Below are positions 18,176-27,365 of a DNA stretch of 64,000 nt, piece after piece. The position numbers and the translations under genes were made by a program. The notes beneath the pieces are model-generated. The model was given only the letters and a program-made list of their open reading frames with translations, was not told where the DNA came from and searched no databases. Source of the stretch: Candidatus Limnocylindrus sp. (GTDB taxonomy: Bacteria > Chloroflexota > Limnocylindria > Limnocylindrales > Limnocylindraceae); the NCBI GenBank assembly GCA_040397175.1, contig JBBAWM010000001.1, forward strand, positions 313,976 through 377,975, read 5' to 3'. Every line of letters begins with the position of its first letter. The stretch's first letter is position 1.

Positions 18176-18817
18176 ATGCGCATGAAGGGGACTCCGGTGG
18201 TTTCCGTTACGCCCGCCCCAGGGGCTGAGGCGTCGATTGCTGATGCCGCCAGTGCCATCCTGCGCGCCATCGGTGAGGATCCAACCCGCGATGGGTTGGT
18301 GGAGACCCCAGGCCGTGTCGCGCGCGCCCTGCTCGAGCTGACGAGCGGTTACGCCGGTGACCCCTACGAGATTCTCGGCACCGTCTTCGAAGAGCCGGCG
18401 GGTGCTCCAGCTGGCGACCTTGTGGTGGTTGAGGGGATCCCGTTCCACGCCCTCTGTGAACACCACCTCCTCCCGTTCCCTGGCGTGGCCACCGTTGGCT
18501 ACGTGCCGAGCGGCCGAATCGTCGGCCTCTCGAAGATTCCACGCCTTGTTGATGCCTTCGCTCGACGACTGCAGGTGCAGGAGCGACTCACCGCGCAAGT
18601 CGCCGATGCACTGAACGACGCTCTTGCCCCCGCAGGCGTTGGGGTGCTTATCAGCGCCGAACATCTTTGCCTCGCGGCGCGCGGCGCTCGGCAACCCGGC
18701 GTGGTGATGACAACAGAGGCGATGCGCGGCTCACTGCGCACCGACGCCGCCCTACGCGAAGCGTTGGCGCGCGCCCATGATCGCGGCGTGGCGCGACGCG
18801 AGGGGCTCCATGGCTGA
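18176..18817 (+). CDS. folE: GTP cyclohydrolase I
   Basis: GEDPTRDGLVETPGRVA, LCEHHLLPF, GLSKIPR, RRLQVQERLT, HLCLAARG. TACGAT lies 6 nt before the ATG at 18176. Confidence 0.95.
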   Translation: MRMKGTPVVSVTPAPGAEASIADAASAILRAIGEDPTRDGLVETPGRVARALLELTSGYAGDPYEILGTVFEEPAGAPAGDLVVVEGIPFHALCEHHLLPFPGVATVGYVPSGRIVGLSKIPRLVDAFARRLQVQERLTAQVADALNDALAPAGVGVLISAEHLCLAARGARQPGVVMTTEAMRGSLRTDAALREALARAHDRGVARREGLHG

Positions 18818-19217
18818 GCGAACGACGCCGATTCGGGTGTTGATCGCTAAGCCTGGCCTCGACGGCCACGACCGCGGCGCGAAGGTGCTGGCGCGTGGAC
18901 TGCGCGACGAAGGCTTTGAGGTGATCTACACAGGGCTACGTCGCACTGTTGATGCGATCGTTGCTGCCGCCATCGAAGAGGACGTGGATGTGGTCGGCTG
19001 CTCGATTCTCTCGGGCGCCCACGCAACCCTGCTGCCGAAGTTGGTCGCAAGCCTTCGCGCCTCTGGGGCGAGCGACGTGCTCGTGGTGGCGGGTGGCATC
19101 ATCCCCGAGGCCGATCGTCCAGAGCTGGAGCAGGCTGGCATCTCGGGGATCTTTGGGCCAGGAACAACCATCGCCGAAGTGGCTACCTTCCTACGTGCGA
19201 ATGCCCGTCGACGCTAA
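18810..19217 (+). CDS. Methylmalonyl-CoA mutase cobalamin-binding (small) subunit
   Basis: AKPGLDGHDRGAK (DxHxxG), SILSGAH, GGIIP, FGPGT. Confidence 0.93.
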   Translation: MAERTTPIRVLIAKPGLDGHDRGAKVLARGLRDEGFEVIYTGLRRTVDAIVAAAIEEDVDVVGCSILSGAHATLLPKLVASLRASGASDVLVVAGGIIPEADRPELEQAGISGIFGPGTTIAEVATFLRANARRR

Positions 19218-20127
19218 GCATCTCGCGGCGCGCCGCGAGCTGGCGCAGGGGATCAGCGCCGTTGAACGTGCTGGACCAGCCGCCGACCAACGTATAGAGG
19301 AGGCGCTCGCCGCATCGGCTGCGGACGCGCGCAGCGCCCTCGTTGTGGGGCTGACTGGTGCACCGGGTGCGGGGAAGAGTTCGCTCGCCGCAGCACTCGC
19401 CGATGTGGCGCGTGCTGGCGGTCGTCGCGTCGCAATCTTGGCGATTGATCCGAGTTCGCACGAGAGTGGCGGTGCGCTCCTTGGCGATCGCGTGCGCATC
19501 GACGAACATCCCGATGATGACGGTCGCTTCACGCGCTCCATTGCCACGCGCGGCAGTGGCCGATCGCTCGCGCATGTTGCCGCTGCGGCAACGATGCTTG
19601 TTGAGGCGGCTGGGTTCGACCTGATCTTCGTCGAGACCGTTGGCGCCGGACAAGCAGAGATCGGTATTGCGCGGCTCGCGGATGTGCTGCTCGTGGTTGA
19701 AGGGCCAGAGGGTGGTGACGAGGTACAGGCGATGAAGGCGGGGATCCTCGAGGTTGCCGACATCGTTGCCGTGAATAAGTCTGATCGCCCCGGCGCACAA
19801 GCGGCCTTCGATCGCCTCCACAGTGGTTTGGCACTCGGAGCAGGTGCCCCGCAACTCGCGCTTGTCTCTGCGACCGCTGGCGCCGGTATCAGCGAACTCT
19901 TGGCGACCATCGACGAGGTGGGCGCCGGTCGCGGAGTGCGTGGACGCATTCGCCGTGTCGAAGCGCACCTTATTGCAGCCGCCCAGTCACACCTAGATGT
20001 ACAGGTCCGCGAAGTGACGGCAAGTGGTGCGCTCACGACGCGCGCCGAACAGATCGTTGCTGGCGCCCAATCGTTGACCGGTTCACTCACTGCGCTCTTT
20101 GGCATGAGCGAGACGCCCGATGCGTAA
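19201..20127 (+). CDS. meaB: Mutase-associated GTPase chaperone MeaB
   Basis: GLTGAPGAGKSS, AIDPSS..SGGALLGDRVR, ETVGAGQAE, QAMKAGILEVAD, VNKSD. Confidence 0.92.
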   Translation: MPVDAKHLAARRELAQGISAVERAGPAADQRIEEALAASAADARSALVVGLTGAPGAGKSSLAAALADVARAGGRRVAILAIDPSSHESGGALLGDRVRIDEHPDDDGRFTRSIATRGSGRSLAHVAAAATMLVEAAGFDLIFVETVGAGQAEIGIARLADVLLVVEGPEGGDEVQAMKAGILEVADIVAVNKSDRPGAQAAFDRLHSGLALGAGAPQLALVSATAGAGISELLATIDEVGAGRGVRGRIRRVEAHLIAAAQSHLDVQVREVTASGALTTRAEQIVAGAQSLTGSLTALFGMSETPDA

Positions 20128-21064
20128 GCGACTTGTTGCTGGTGCGCTCGCGGGACTCATCGTTGCTGCACTCGGTGGCGTGGGCGGACCAGCGCTGCGC
20201 TTCGATGCGCCGATCCCTGCGCCGATCCTGGTCGGCCCGAACGACGCATCACTTCCGACTTTGAACCTTGTCGTTCTTGGGGACAGCTACGCGTCGGCGG
20301 CGCTCCCGTTTGATCGCGGCACGTTGCAAGTGCTTGGCGCGCCGAGCGTCTGTGCCCGCGGGCCAGCCTGGCCACGCCTCCTAATGCCAGCCAACATGCG
20401 CCTCTCGCTGACCCACGTCTCGTGCAGTGGTGCCGTGGTTGCCGATCTGGTCGATCGCCGCATGCGCGCCGGGGAGCCGCTCCAGGTGCAGGCGCTTACC
20501 GCCGACACCGACATCGTCATGCTTGGCATCGGCGGGAACGACGCCGGTTTCTCTGAGGTTTTCGCCGCCTGCCGCACCGAAGATGCGGCCGCCTGCGCTG
20601 CCGCGGGCGAGCGGATGAAGCCCCAGGCGGCAGCCCTGAGCGGCACCCTGGTGCGCCTCTACCGCACGGTGTTGGCTAAGGCGCCAAACGCCATCGTCAT
20701 TGTGGTCATGTACGCCGATTCACTCCCTGCGGCGGGCACCCCCGGCCTCGACGCATGCACCGCTCTCCGCGCGCCCGGCGACAGCATCTCTGACGCCGAC
20801 TTGGGCGTGCTCGCAGAGTGGGGGAGTGACATCGCGAACCGCGTTCGTGGGGCAATCGCGACCGTCAACGACCCGCGTCTGCGCGTCGCCGACCTTGCCG
20901 ACGCCTTCGCCGGCCATCGCCTCTGCGACCCCGAGCCGTACCAGTGGGGGAGGGATGGCGAGATCCCGTTCCACCCGAATGCGGCGGGTCATGCGGCCCT
21001 GGCAGCTCGACTCTCCGCGGTGCTCGATGCCCTTGTTACCGAGGGGGCAGTCGCGCGCCGGTAG
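20120..21064 (+). CDS. Secreted SGNH/GDSL hydrolase
   Basis: N-terminal signal or anchor, LGDSYAS, SCSGA, GIGGND, FHPNAAGH. Confidence 0.88.
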   Translation: MRKRLVAGALAGLIVAALGGVGGPALRFDAPIPAPILVGPNDASLPTLNLVVLGDSYASAALPFDRGTLQVLGAPSVCARGPAWPRLLMPANMRLSLTHVSCSGAVVADLVDRRMRAGEPLQVQALTADTDIVMLGIGGNDAGFSEVFAACRTEDAAACAAAGERMKPQAAALSGTLVRLYRTVLAKAPNAIVIVVMYADSLPAAGTPGLDACTALRAPGDSISDADLGVLAEWGSDIANRVRGAIATVNDPRLRVADLADAFAGHRLCDPEPYQWGRDGEIPFHPNAAGHAALAARLSAVLDALVTEGAVARR

Positions 21065-21105
21065 CCCCGTAGCACGCTACGCCCCGCTCCTCTATCCTTC
21101 CGCGT

Positions 21106-21180
21106 GGGCCGGTAGCTCAGCGGTAGAGCAAGTGACTCTTAATCACTAGGTCGTGGGTTCGAATCCCACCCGGCTCACCA
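21106..21180 (+). tRNA. tRNA-Lys (CTT)
   Basis: GGGCCGG/CCGGCTC acceptor stem, AGTGA-CTCTTAA-TCACT arm, GGTTCGAATCC, CCA. Confidence 0.97.
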
Positions 21181-21256
21181 AGTAGGGATCTCCCTCTTCG
21201 TTGCAGTTGCCCACTGCAGCACATCCAGAACCGCCCGAAGCGGCTACGATGAATGC

Positions 21257-21658
21257 ATGCAATTGACCTACGCTCCTGGCGCCTGCAACATTGGTCCCGA
21301 CGAGATCGCGCGTCGCAAACGCGTCGCAATCGCTGGCTCTATTGCCACCGTGGCTCTTGCGGCCGTGCTCCTACTGATTGGTTCGCCCGCCGGTGATGCG
21401 ACCCGCCTCATCGTGGCACTTCCCTTGACGGGCGCCGCGATCGGCTGGATCCAGGCGCAGCGACGCTTCTGCATGGCATACGGGCTGGCGGGCACCTTCA
21501 ACCTTGGAAAGATTGGCGAGATGAGCCGCGTCAGCGACCAGGCGGCACTCGCTGCCGATCGCCGAACCGCTCTCATCATTGCAGCGCAGGGTCTGGCCAT
21601 CGGCGTGGTTGGCGCTGCGCTCTTCTTCTTGCTACCGGTCGCGCTTCCCCGCATTTAG
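21257..21658 (+). CDS. Hypothetical three-TM membrane protein
   Basis: Three hydrophobic helices, CNIG and RRFC motifs. TACGAT lies 6 nt before the ATG. Confidence 0.75.
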   Translation: MQLTYAPGACNIGPDEIARRKRVAIAGSIATVALAAVLLLIGSPAGDATRLIVALPLTGAAIGWIQAQRRFCMAYGLAGTFNLGKIGEMSRVSDQAALAADRRTALIIAAQGLAIGVVGAALFFLLPVALPRI

Positions 21659-21659
21659 C

Positions 21660-22949
21660 ATGACAACGCGAGCGGCGACGCCGCCGCTGCCGATTCGCGA
21701 GCACCGCCTCGCCAATGGCCTACGCCTCTTCTTGATCGTTGACCGCACGGCACCGGTTGCGGCCGTGAACATTTGGTATCACGTCGGTTCAAAAGACGAA
21801 CGTGCCGGGCGCACCGGATTCGCGCACCTCTTCGAGCACCTCATGTTCCAAGGCTCCGAGAACGTGACGAAGGCGGAGCACCTCACGCTTGTTGAGTCAA
21901 TCGGTGGAGAAGGGAACGCCACCACCTGGCTCGACCGCACCAACTACTTCGCCACCGTGCCAGCGGAATGGGCGGAGCTAATCCTCTGGATGGAGGCCGA
22001 TCGGCTCGGCACGCTCTTGACCCCGCTCGACCAGGCGAACCTCGACAACCAACGCGATGTGGTGAAGAACGAGAAGCGCTCCAGCTACGACAACCAGCCG
22101 TACGGCAGCGCCTACATCGAACTCTTCGCCCTCGCGTACCCGAAGGGGCACCCGTACCATCACCCAACGATCGGCTCCATGGAAGACCTGGATGCCGCGT
22201 CGCTTGACGACGTCCGCAGCTTCTTCAGCACCTGGTACGCACCAAATAATGCTGTCCTTACCGTAGTGGGCGACATCGATGAGGAGGAGATCATCGCGGC
22301 CGTGGAGCGACACTTCGGTGCGATCCCAGCAAACCCCGCGCTGCCGGCGCATCCTGACCTCGCGTTGAGCGCGCCGCTCGGCGGTGAGATTCGTAAGACG
22401 ATTCACGACAAGGTTCCCGAGGCGCGAGTGCACTTTGCCTTCCGCGCTCCGGTGCTCAGCGCACCGCTAATTCCCGCAATTGAGATCGCCACGCAGATTC
22501 TTGCCGGAGGGAAGGGGAGTCGCCTTTACCGCCGCCTCGTTCGCGATGAGCAGGTCGCGCAGGATATGAGCCTCTCGCTCCTCCCATTCGTCGGTGGGGC
22601 ATCAATCATTGTTGGCGCCGCAACGGTGCGCCCCGGCGCTACGAACGAGGCGGTAGAGCGCGCCTTCGTGGAAGAGTTGGAGCGCCTCGCCGCCGAAGGC
22701 CCAACGGCGGCAGAGCTCGAGCGTGCGAAGGCGCTCACAGAGTCCGAAGAGCTGCTGGCACGATCTGACCCAGAGGAGCTCGCCGATGCGGTCGGCATGT
22801 ACGTCACCCTGCTCAACGATCCGGGTCGCATTAATCGCGATCTTGACCTTGCCCTAGCCGTAACGGCCGACCAAGTGCAGACGGCGGCAAAACTCTTCGC
22901 CAAGGAGAACCGCATCGTGCTCTGGTACGTGCCGAAAGAGAAGTCATGA
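21660..22949 (+). CDS. M16 family zinc peptidase, catalytic subunit
   Basis: WYHVGSKDE, GFAHLFEHLMFQGS (HxxEH), NATT..DRTNY, YAPNNA. Confidence 0.94.
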   Translation: MTTRAATPPLPIREHRLANGLRLFLIVDRTAPVAAVNIWYHVGSKDERAGRTGFAHLFEHLMFQGSENVTKAEHLTLVESIGGEGNATTWLDRTNYFATVPAEWAELILWMEADRLGTLLTPLDQANLDNQRDVVKNEKRSSYDNQPYGSAYIELFALAYPKGHPYHHPTIGSMEDLDAASLDDVRSFFSTWYAPNNAVLTVVGDIDEEEIIAAVERHFGAIPANPALPAHPDLALSAPLGGEIRKTIHDKVPEARVHFAFRAPVLSAPLIPAIEIATQILAGGKGSRLYRRLVRDEQVAQDMSLSLLPFVGGASIIVGAATVRPGATNEAVERAFVEELERLAAEGPTAAELERAKALTESEELLARSDPEELADAVGMYVTLLNDPGRINRDLDLALAVTADQVQTAAKLFAKENRIVLWYVPKEKS

Positions 22950-24331
22950 GTACGCGATCCGTGCGGCCCGGGCCAGGAGCACCACGCACGTGGCGTTTCC
23001 CGCGCGCCATTGAACGAGTGACGATTGCTGGGATGCGCGTGATCCTGCTGCCGATGCCATCACGCCCGATCGCTTCGATTCAGATGCTGTTTGGTGGCGG
23101 TGCCGCGGGGGAGCGACCAGAAGAGTCGGGACTCTCCGCGCTGTTGGCGCGCCTGCTCACCGAGGGGACAGAGCACCACGACGCCGATGGGCTCATCGAG
23201 GCGGGCGAGTTGCTCGGCGCATCGATCGGGGCTGAATCGGGCTGGGAGAGCCTCACCGTTGGCGCTGGGGCACCTGCCTCACGCCTCGCTGGCGTCTTTG
23301 ATTTGATGGCCGAGATTGCACTCACCCCGCGTATCCCCGAAGCGGACGTGGAGCGGCTGAAAGCGTTGCGACTCGCCGCAATCAAGCAGGCGCATGCGAG
23401 CCCGCGGAGCCGCGCAGTTGATGCGCTCTCGGCAGCCCTCTACGCACCAGAGGCCGCCTACAGTCGACCCTTTGCCGGAACGGCTGATGGCGTCGCGCGG
23501 ATTACCCGCGACCAGGTCGTTGCGCGTCACCAAGAGATTCTGCGCATCGGCACCCCAACGCTGGTGCTCGCCGGTGACATTGATGTAGATGCAGCCTTCG
23601 CGCTGATTGAGGCGAGCCGCCTCAGCGAGATCACGGCAGGTGGTGGCACCTGGGGTCGCGGCGAGCCAGATCGCGCGGCACTCGCGTCGCCTGCACTTGG
23701 CTCCGCGCCACTGGTGAACGTGTTGGATCGACCCGGTTCAGTGCAGTCTGAGATTCGCATTGGTCGCATCGGTCGCTCGCGACTCGACGCGAATCACCAC
23801 GCGGCACTCGTCTACGCCGAGATCATCGGTGGCCTCTTCGGCTCTCGTTTGAATCGCGTGCTACGCGAAGAGAAGGGCTACACCTACGGCGCCGGCGCAC
23901 GATTCGACCTGCGCCGTGGGCGTGGACCGTTCATGGCAGGCACGGCGGTGGAGACGGGCGTGACCGCTCCTGCACTCGCCGAGGCGCGACGCCAGCTCGC
24001 CACGATGCAGAGCGCTCCACCAACCGACGAAGAGTTGACGGAGGCGCGCGACTATCTCTGCGGAACCTTCCCGCTGCGTTTTGGCACCGCCACGCCAGTT
24101 GCCAGCATGGCGGCGGCGCTCACCGTGCTTGGGCTCTCACCAGATGAGCCGGATCACTTCCGTGAGCGCGTTGCCGCCGTTGACCGCGCGGCCATCGCGC
24201 TGATTGCCGATGAGTTGGCCGCCTCTGCGGAGAAGATCATCGTCGTAGGTGACGCTGCCTCAATCACCGCGCCGCTTGAGGCTGAAGGTTTCATTGTGCA
24301 GGTCGAATCAGATAGTCCGGCCTCAGCATGA
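22946..24331 (+). CDS. M16 family peptidase, non-catalytic partner subunit
   Basis: No HxxEH motif. SRLNRVLREEKGYTYG R/Y motif. ATGA overlap with the catalytic subunit. Confidence 0.9.
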   Translation: MSTRSVRPGPGAPRTWRFPRAIERVTIAGMRVILLPMPSRPIASIQMLFGGGAAGERPEESGLSALLARLLTEGTEHHDADGLIEAGELLGASIGAESGWESLTVGAGAPASRLAGVFDLMAEIALTPRIPEADVERLKALRLAAIKQAHASPRSRAVDALSAALYAPEAAYSRPFAGTADGVARITRDQVVARHQEILRIGTPTLVLAGDIDVDAAFALIEASRLSEITAGGGTWGRGEPDRAALASPALGSAPLVNVLDRPGSVQSEIRIGRIGRSRLDANHHAALVYAEIIGGLFGSRLNRVLREEKGYTYGAGARFDLRRGRGPFMAGTAVETGVTAPALAEARRQLATMQSAPPTDEELTEARDYLCGTFPLRFGTATPVASMAAALTVLGLSPDEPDHFRERVAAVDRAAIALIADELAASAEKIIVVGDAASITAPLEAEGFIVQVESDSPASA

Positions 24332-24876
24332 TCGTGGTGGTTGGCACCGTACGCGCTCGCGCCGAAGGGGCAACCTACGGTCTTGGCAGCTACGCCACGA
24401 CGGTGGCCCTCGCCCTCGCCGCCACCGGGGAGCCTGTTGAGATGGTGAGCAAGGTCGGCGCTGATGCAGCGGGTGATGCGGTGATCACGCAGCTGGCAGC
24501 CGCGGGGATCGGCCACGTGGCCCTCATTCGTGACGGCGCGTTGGCGACCGCTGTGGATGGGGCGGGTTCGCTTGAGATGGATGCCGCCGATCTGCAATTG
24601 GCGCTGCGCTACCTCACGAGCTTCGATGCGGTGCTCTTGGTTGATCCTTCTGATGACTCGGTGGTTGCCACCGTTCTCGAGGCGTGCGCCTATGTCGGCG
24701 CGCGGCTTGTGGTGACGAAGCCTGAGGGGTCGACCCCTACAGGAGTGCCGAGGGGCGAGCGCGGCGACACACCGCCGCCGCTTGAGGTGGAGCACCCAGC
24801 GGGAGATCCCGCCGCCGTGACCGACCTTTTGGTGGCGCTCCTCCTTCCTGATCGCGAGTCGCCTGCCGCCTCGTAG
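24328..24876 (+). CDS. Truncated PfkB/ribokinase-like protein
   Basis: GSYATTVALALAATGEPVEMVSKVGADAAGD resembles PfkB signature 1. Only 182 aa, with no DTxGAGD. Confidence 0.6.
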   Translation: MIVVVGTVRARAEGATYGLGSYATTVALALAATGEPVEMVSKVGADAAGDAVITQLAAAGIGHVALIRDGALATAVDGAGSLEMDAADLQLALRYLTSFDAVLLVDPSDDSVVATVLEACAYVGARLVVTKPEGSTPTGVPRGERGDTPPPLEVEHPAGDPAAVTDLLVALLLPDRESPAAS

Positions 24877-24898
24877 CGCATCGCGTACGCTTCAGTAG

Positions 24899-26116
24899 AT
24901 GAGTGAAGTGCTGCAGCCACTATCCGAAGTGACCGACCTAGCAAGCCGCATGGAGCTCGGCGTTGATGCGCTCGATCGCGGGGACGCGGAGGGGGCGGCT
25001 CTCGCCTTCGCCGCCGCTGTCGCCGGTGCCACACCAAGCGACGATCGCGCCCTCGCCGAACGTGCCGCCTATGGCGCCGCTGAGGCGCTGCTGCGCCTGG
25101 AGCGCGACGACGAGGCTGCCGAATATCTCGAGATCGCCGCGCACTCCGAGGACCGAGAGTTGCGATTCTTGGCCCTCCGTCGCCGCGCGATGGAGGAGGT
25201 CCGTCGCGGCGAACTCCGTGTCGCCCTTGCCACCTACCGCCAGGCCGAGGGGGACGCCCCAACCAGTGCCGCGCGCGCTGAGATCGCCTCGCGCATCGGC
25301 TGGCTAACCAAGGAGACGGGTGGCTCATCAATGCGTGCCCAGGCGGCATTCCGACGTGCCCGGGGCGTCCCTTCGGGGGCCTGGGTGCCGCGTGCGCTCC
25401 TCGCCGTCACCATCGTGCTCTCGGTCATGACAAAGCTCGACCCGGCGCTTGCTGAGACGTTCGCGCTCATCAAACTTACGCCTGATGGATTCGACTATCT
25501 CTCGGGTAGCCCTTGGCGCCTCGTTACCGTGGCGTTCGTCCACGGAGGCATTAATCCGGACTGGCAGTCGTGGGCGCTGCATCTCGGCTTCAACGCCATC
25601 GCCCTCGACATTGCCGCACAGCTTGTCTATCGCCTCTATGGCGCGAAGCGCCTTATCACGTGGTACCTGCTCGGTGTGATCGGCGCATCGCTTGTAAGTG
25701 CAATTTGGACGCCTATCGGCTACTCGGTTGGTGCTTCTGGTGGTGTATTCGCCCTCTTCGGCATTGCCCTTGGTGCCGAGTGGGCACATCGCCCGCTCGT
25801 TGAACGCGGTATGCGTGAAGCACTTGGACGTGTCGGTACTCTGCTGTTCATCAACATCGTGCTCGGTTTTAGTGTCGGTGTGATCGGCGGTGGAATCGAC
25901 AACTCGGCACACATTGGTGGCTTGTTTACAGGCCTGATTCTTGGTGCGCTCATTCCGCCAACACGTGCCGAGGCGATGCGCCGTCGCTGGACTTCCGCAG
26001 TTGCGACGTGGCGCGGAGGTGGGCTTGTAATTAGCGCTCTAGTTCTCTTCGCGTTCATTGCTATTTACCTGAATTGGCTTGAACTCGTTCGCCTACGTCA
26101 GTTACTTCCGTTCTAG
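24899..26116 (+). CDS. Rhomboid intramembrane serine protease with an N-terminal TPR-like domain
   Basis: PWRLVTVAFVHGG, HLGFN, VGASGGVFAL (catalytic Ser), DNSAHIGG (catalytic His). The N-terminal ~155 aa are helical Ala/Glu/Arg repeats. Confidence 0.9.
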   Translation: MSEVLQPLSEVTDLASRMELGVDALDRGDAEGAALAFAAAVAGATPSDDRALAERAAYGAAEALLRLERDDEAAEYLEIAAHSEDRELRFLALRRRAMEEVRRGELRVALATYRQAEGDAPTSAARAEIASRIGWLTKETGGSSMRAQAAFRRARGVPSGAWVPRALLAVTIVLSVMTKLDPALAETFALIKLTPDGFDYLSGSPWRLVTVAFVHGGINPDWQSWALHLGFNAIALDIAAQLVYRLYGAKRLITWYLLGVIGASLVSAIWTPIGYSVGASGGVFALFGIALGAEWAHRPLVERGMREALGRVGTLLFINIVLGFSVGVIGGGIDNSAHIGGLFTGLILGALIPPTRAEAMRRRWTSAVATWRGGGLVISALVLFAFIAIYLNWLELVRLRQLLPF

Positions 26117-26118
26117 GC

Positions 26119-26700
26119 ATGTTCGCTACGCTTCTCGATCCAGCGGCGTTTTGTTCCGAACCCGACATCGCTGGTGGAATCGACTTTGTTGAGGCCCCAG
26201 AGCTGACGTCAGCGGATCCGGAAGCGCATGAGCAGCTCGCTGCACGACTCAAGACGCTCGCGGGCAGTCACCGCGCCCTTCTGCCGGTGGGTGGAAACCT
26301 CATCGCCATAAGCCGCGATCAGTGGCTGCAGATTCCCGCTGAGAGCCTGGTGATCAATCCGATCCGCGACCCAGAGTCATGGAGCGCTGCGGCTACGTGG
26401 CCGGGAGATCGTGGGCTGGTCCTCGCGCTCGTTCCTGCGCCAGGCGATGAGGAGCCGGAGCCAGTGGAGATCTTACTCTGGGCGGTGCGATACGCCGCAT
26501 CGCTCGGCGGGCGAGGCCTTGATCGCGTGGCAGTAGCTGGCATGCTGCCAATCACAAAGGGTGCACCTGATCCAGCTGAGGCGGAGAGGCGCATCGCCCT
26601 GCTGGAACGCGTGGTGCAACTCTCTGCCGCGAATCAGGAGACGCTGCGCGCCGAACTTGACCCACGCGCCTTTCAGCCAATTTCCCGGCCACAGCGATGA
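26119..26700 (+). CDS. Hypothetical protein, weakly resembling the C-terminal half of a MetE/UROD-like barrel
   Basis: Tightly packed in the operon. GLVLALV...GLDRVAVA...EAERRIALL echoes the MetE C-terminal pattern, without Zn ligands. Confidence 0.6.
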   Translation: MFATLLDPAAFCSEPDIAGGIDFVEAPELTSADPEAHEQLAARLKTLAGSHRALLPVGGNLIAISRDQWLQIPAESLVINPIRDPESWSAAATWPGDRGLVLALVPAPGDEEPEPVEILLWAVRYAASLGGRGLDRVAVAGMLPITKGAPDPAEAERRIALLERVVQLSAANQETLRAELDPRAFQPISRPQR

Positions 26701-27365
26701 TTGAGGTGCAGGTTCTGCCAATCGGACCGCTGCGCACCAACGTGGTAGTCGTTGGCGATCCGGAGCGGCGCGAGGCGATCGTTGTTGATCCTGCGATCCC
26801 GTCACTGGCTGCACTCACGGCGTACCTTGCGGAGCGCAATTGGCGCTTAGTCTTGGCGCTCGCCACCCACGGGCACTGGGATCACATGGGCGAGATGGCT
26901 GCGCTCGCGGCGCACCATACAGCGCACCATCACGAAGTGCTACCGATCGGCGTGCACCCGCTCGACCGCTATCGCCTTGTGGAGCCGCAACCGCTCGCCG
27001 CACCGTTTCCGATCCCGGCGGTCGTGCCCACACGCGACCTGAACGATGGTGATCGCATTTCCGCGGGGAGCATCAACTTCACGGTGCTCCACACGCCCGG
27101 CCACACCGAGGGGTCTATCTCCCTGTTTGACCAGAGTGCAGGATTGCTACTGAGCGGCGACACCCTCTTCTTCGGCGGGTGGGGGAGGACCGACCTTCCC
27201 GGCGGTGACGCTGCGGCAATGCTCAACTCGCTCTCACGGCTGCGAACACTTGACCCTGCGACACGGGTGATTCCAGGGCACGGCCGAGAGACGATGATCA
27301 GCACCGAAACAGCGTGGATCGACAACTCCATTCGCACGAAGAGCCTGACGGCGGATCGCACATGA
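26697..27365 (+). CDS. MBL-fold metallohydrolase (glyoxalase II-like)
   Basis: THGHWDH, HTPGHTEGS, SGDTLF..GWGRTDLPGG, PGHG. Confidence 0.92.
   Translation: MIEVQVLPIGPLRTNVVVVGDPERREAIVVDPAIPSLAALTAYLAERNWRLVLALATHGHWDHMGEMAALAAHHTAHHHEVLPIGVHPLDRYRLVEPQPLAAPFPIPAVVPTRDLNDGDRISAGSINFTVLHTPGHTEGSISLFDQSAGLLLSGDTLFFGGWGRTDLPGGDAAAMLNSLSRLRTLDPATRVIPGHGRETMISTETAWIDNSIRTKSLTADRT

Noticed and set aside
17726-18694. Apparent 322-aa thioredoxin fusion
   Set aside because: The N-terminal extension is antisense to folE. A proper SD and ATG at 18058 give a normal 110-aa thioredoxin.
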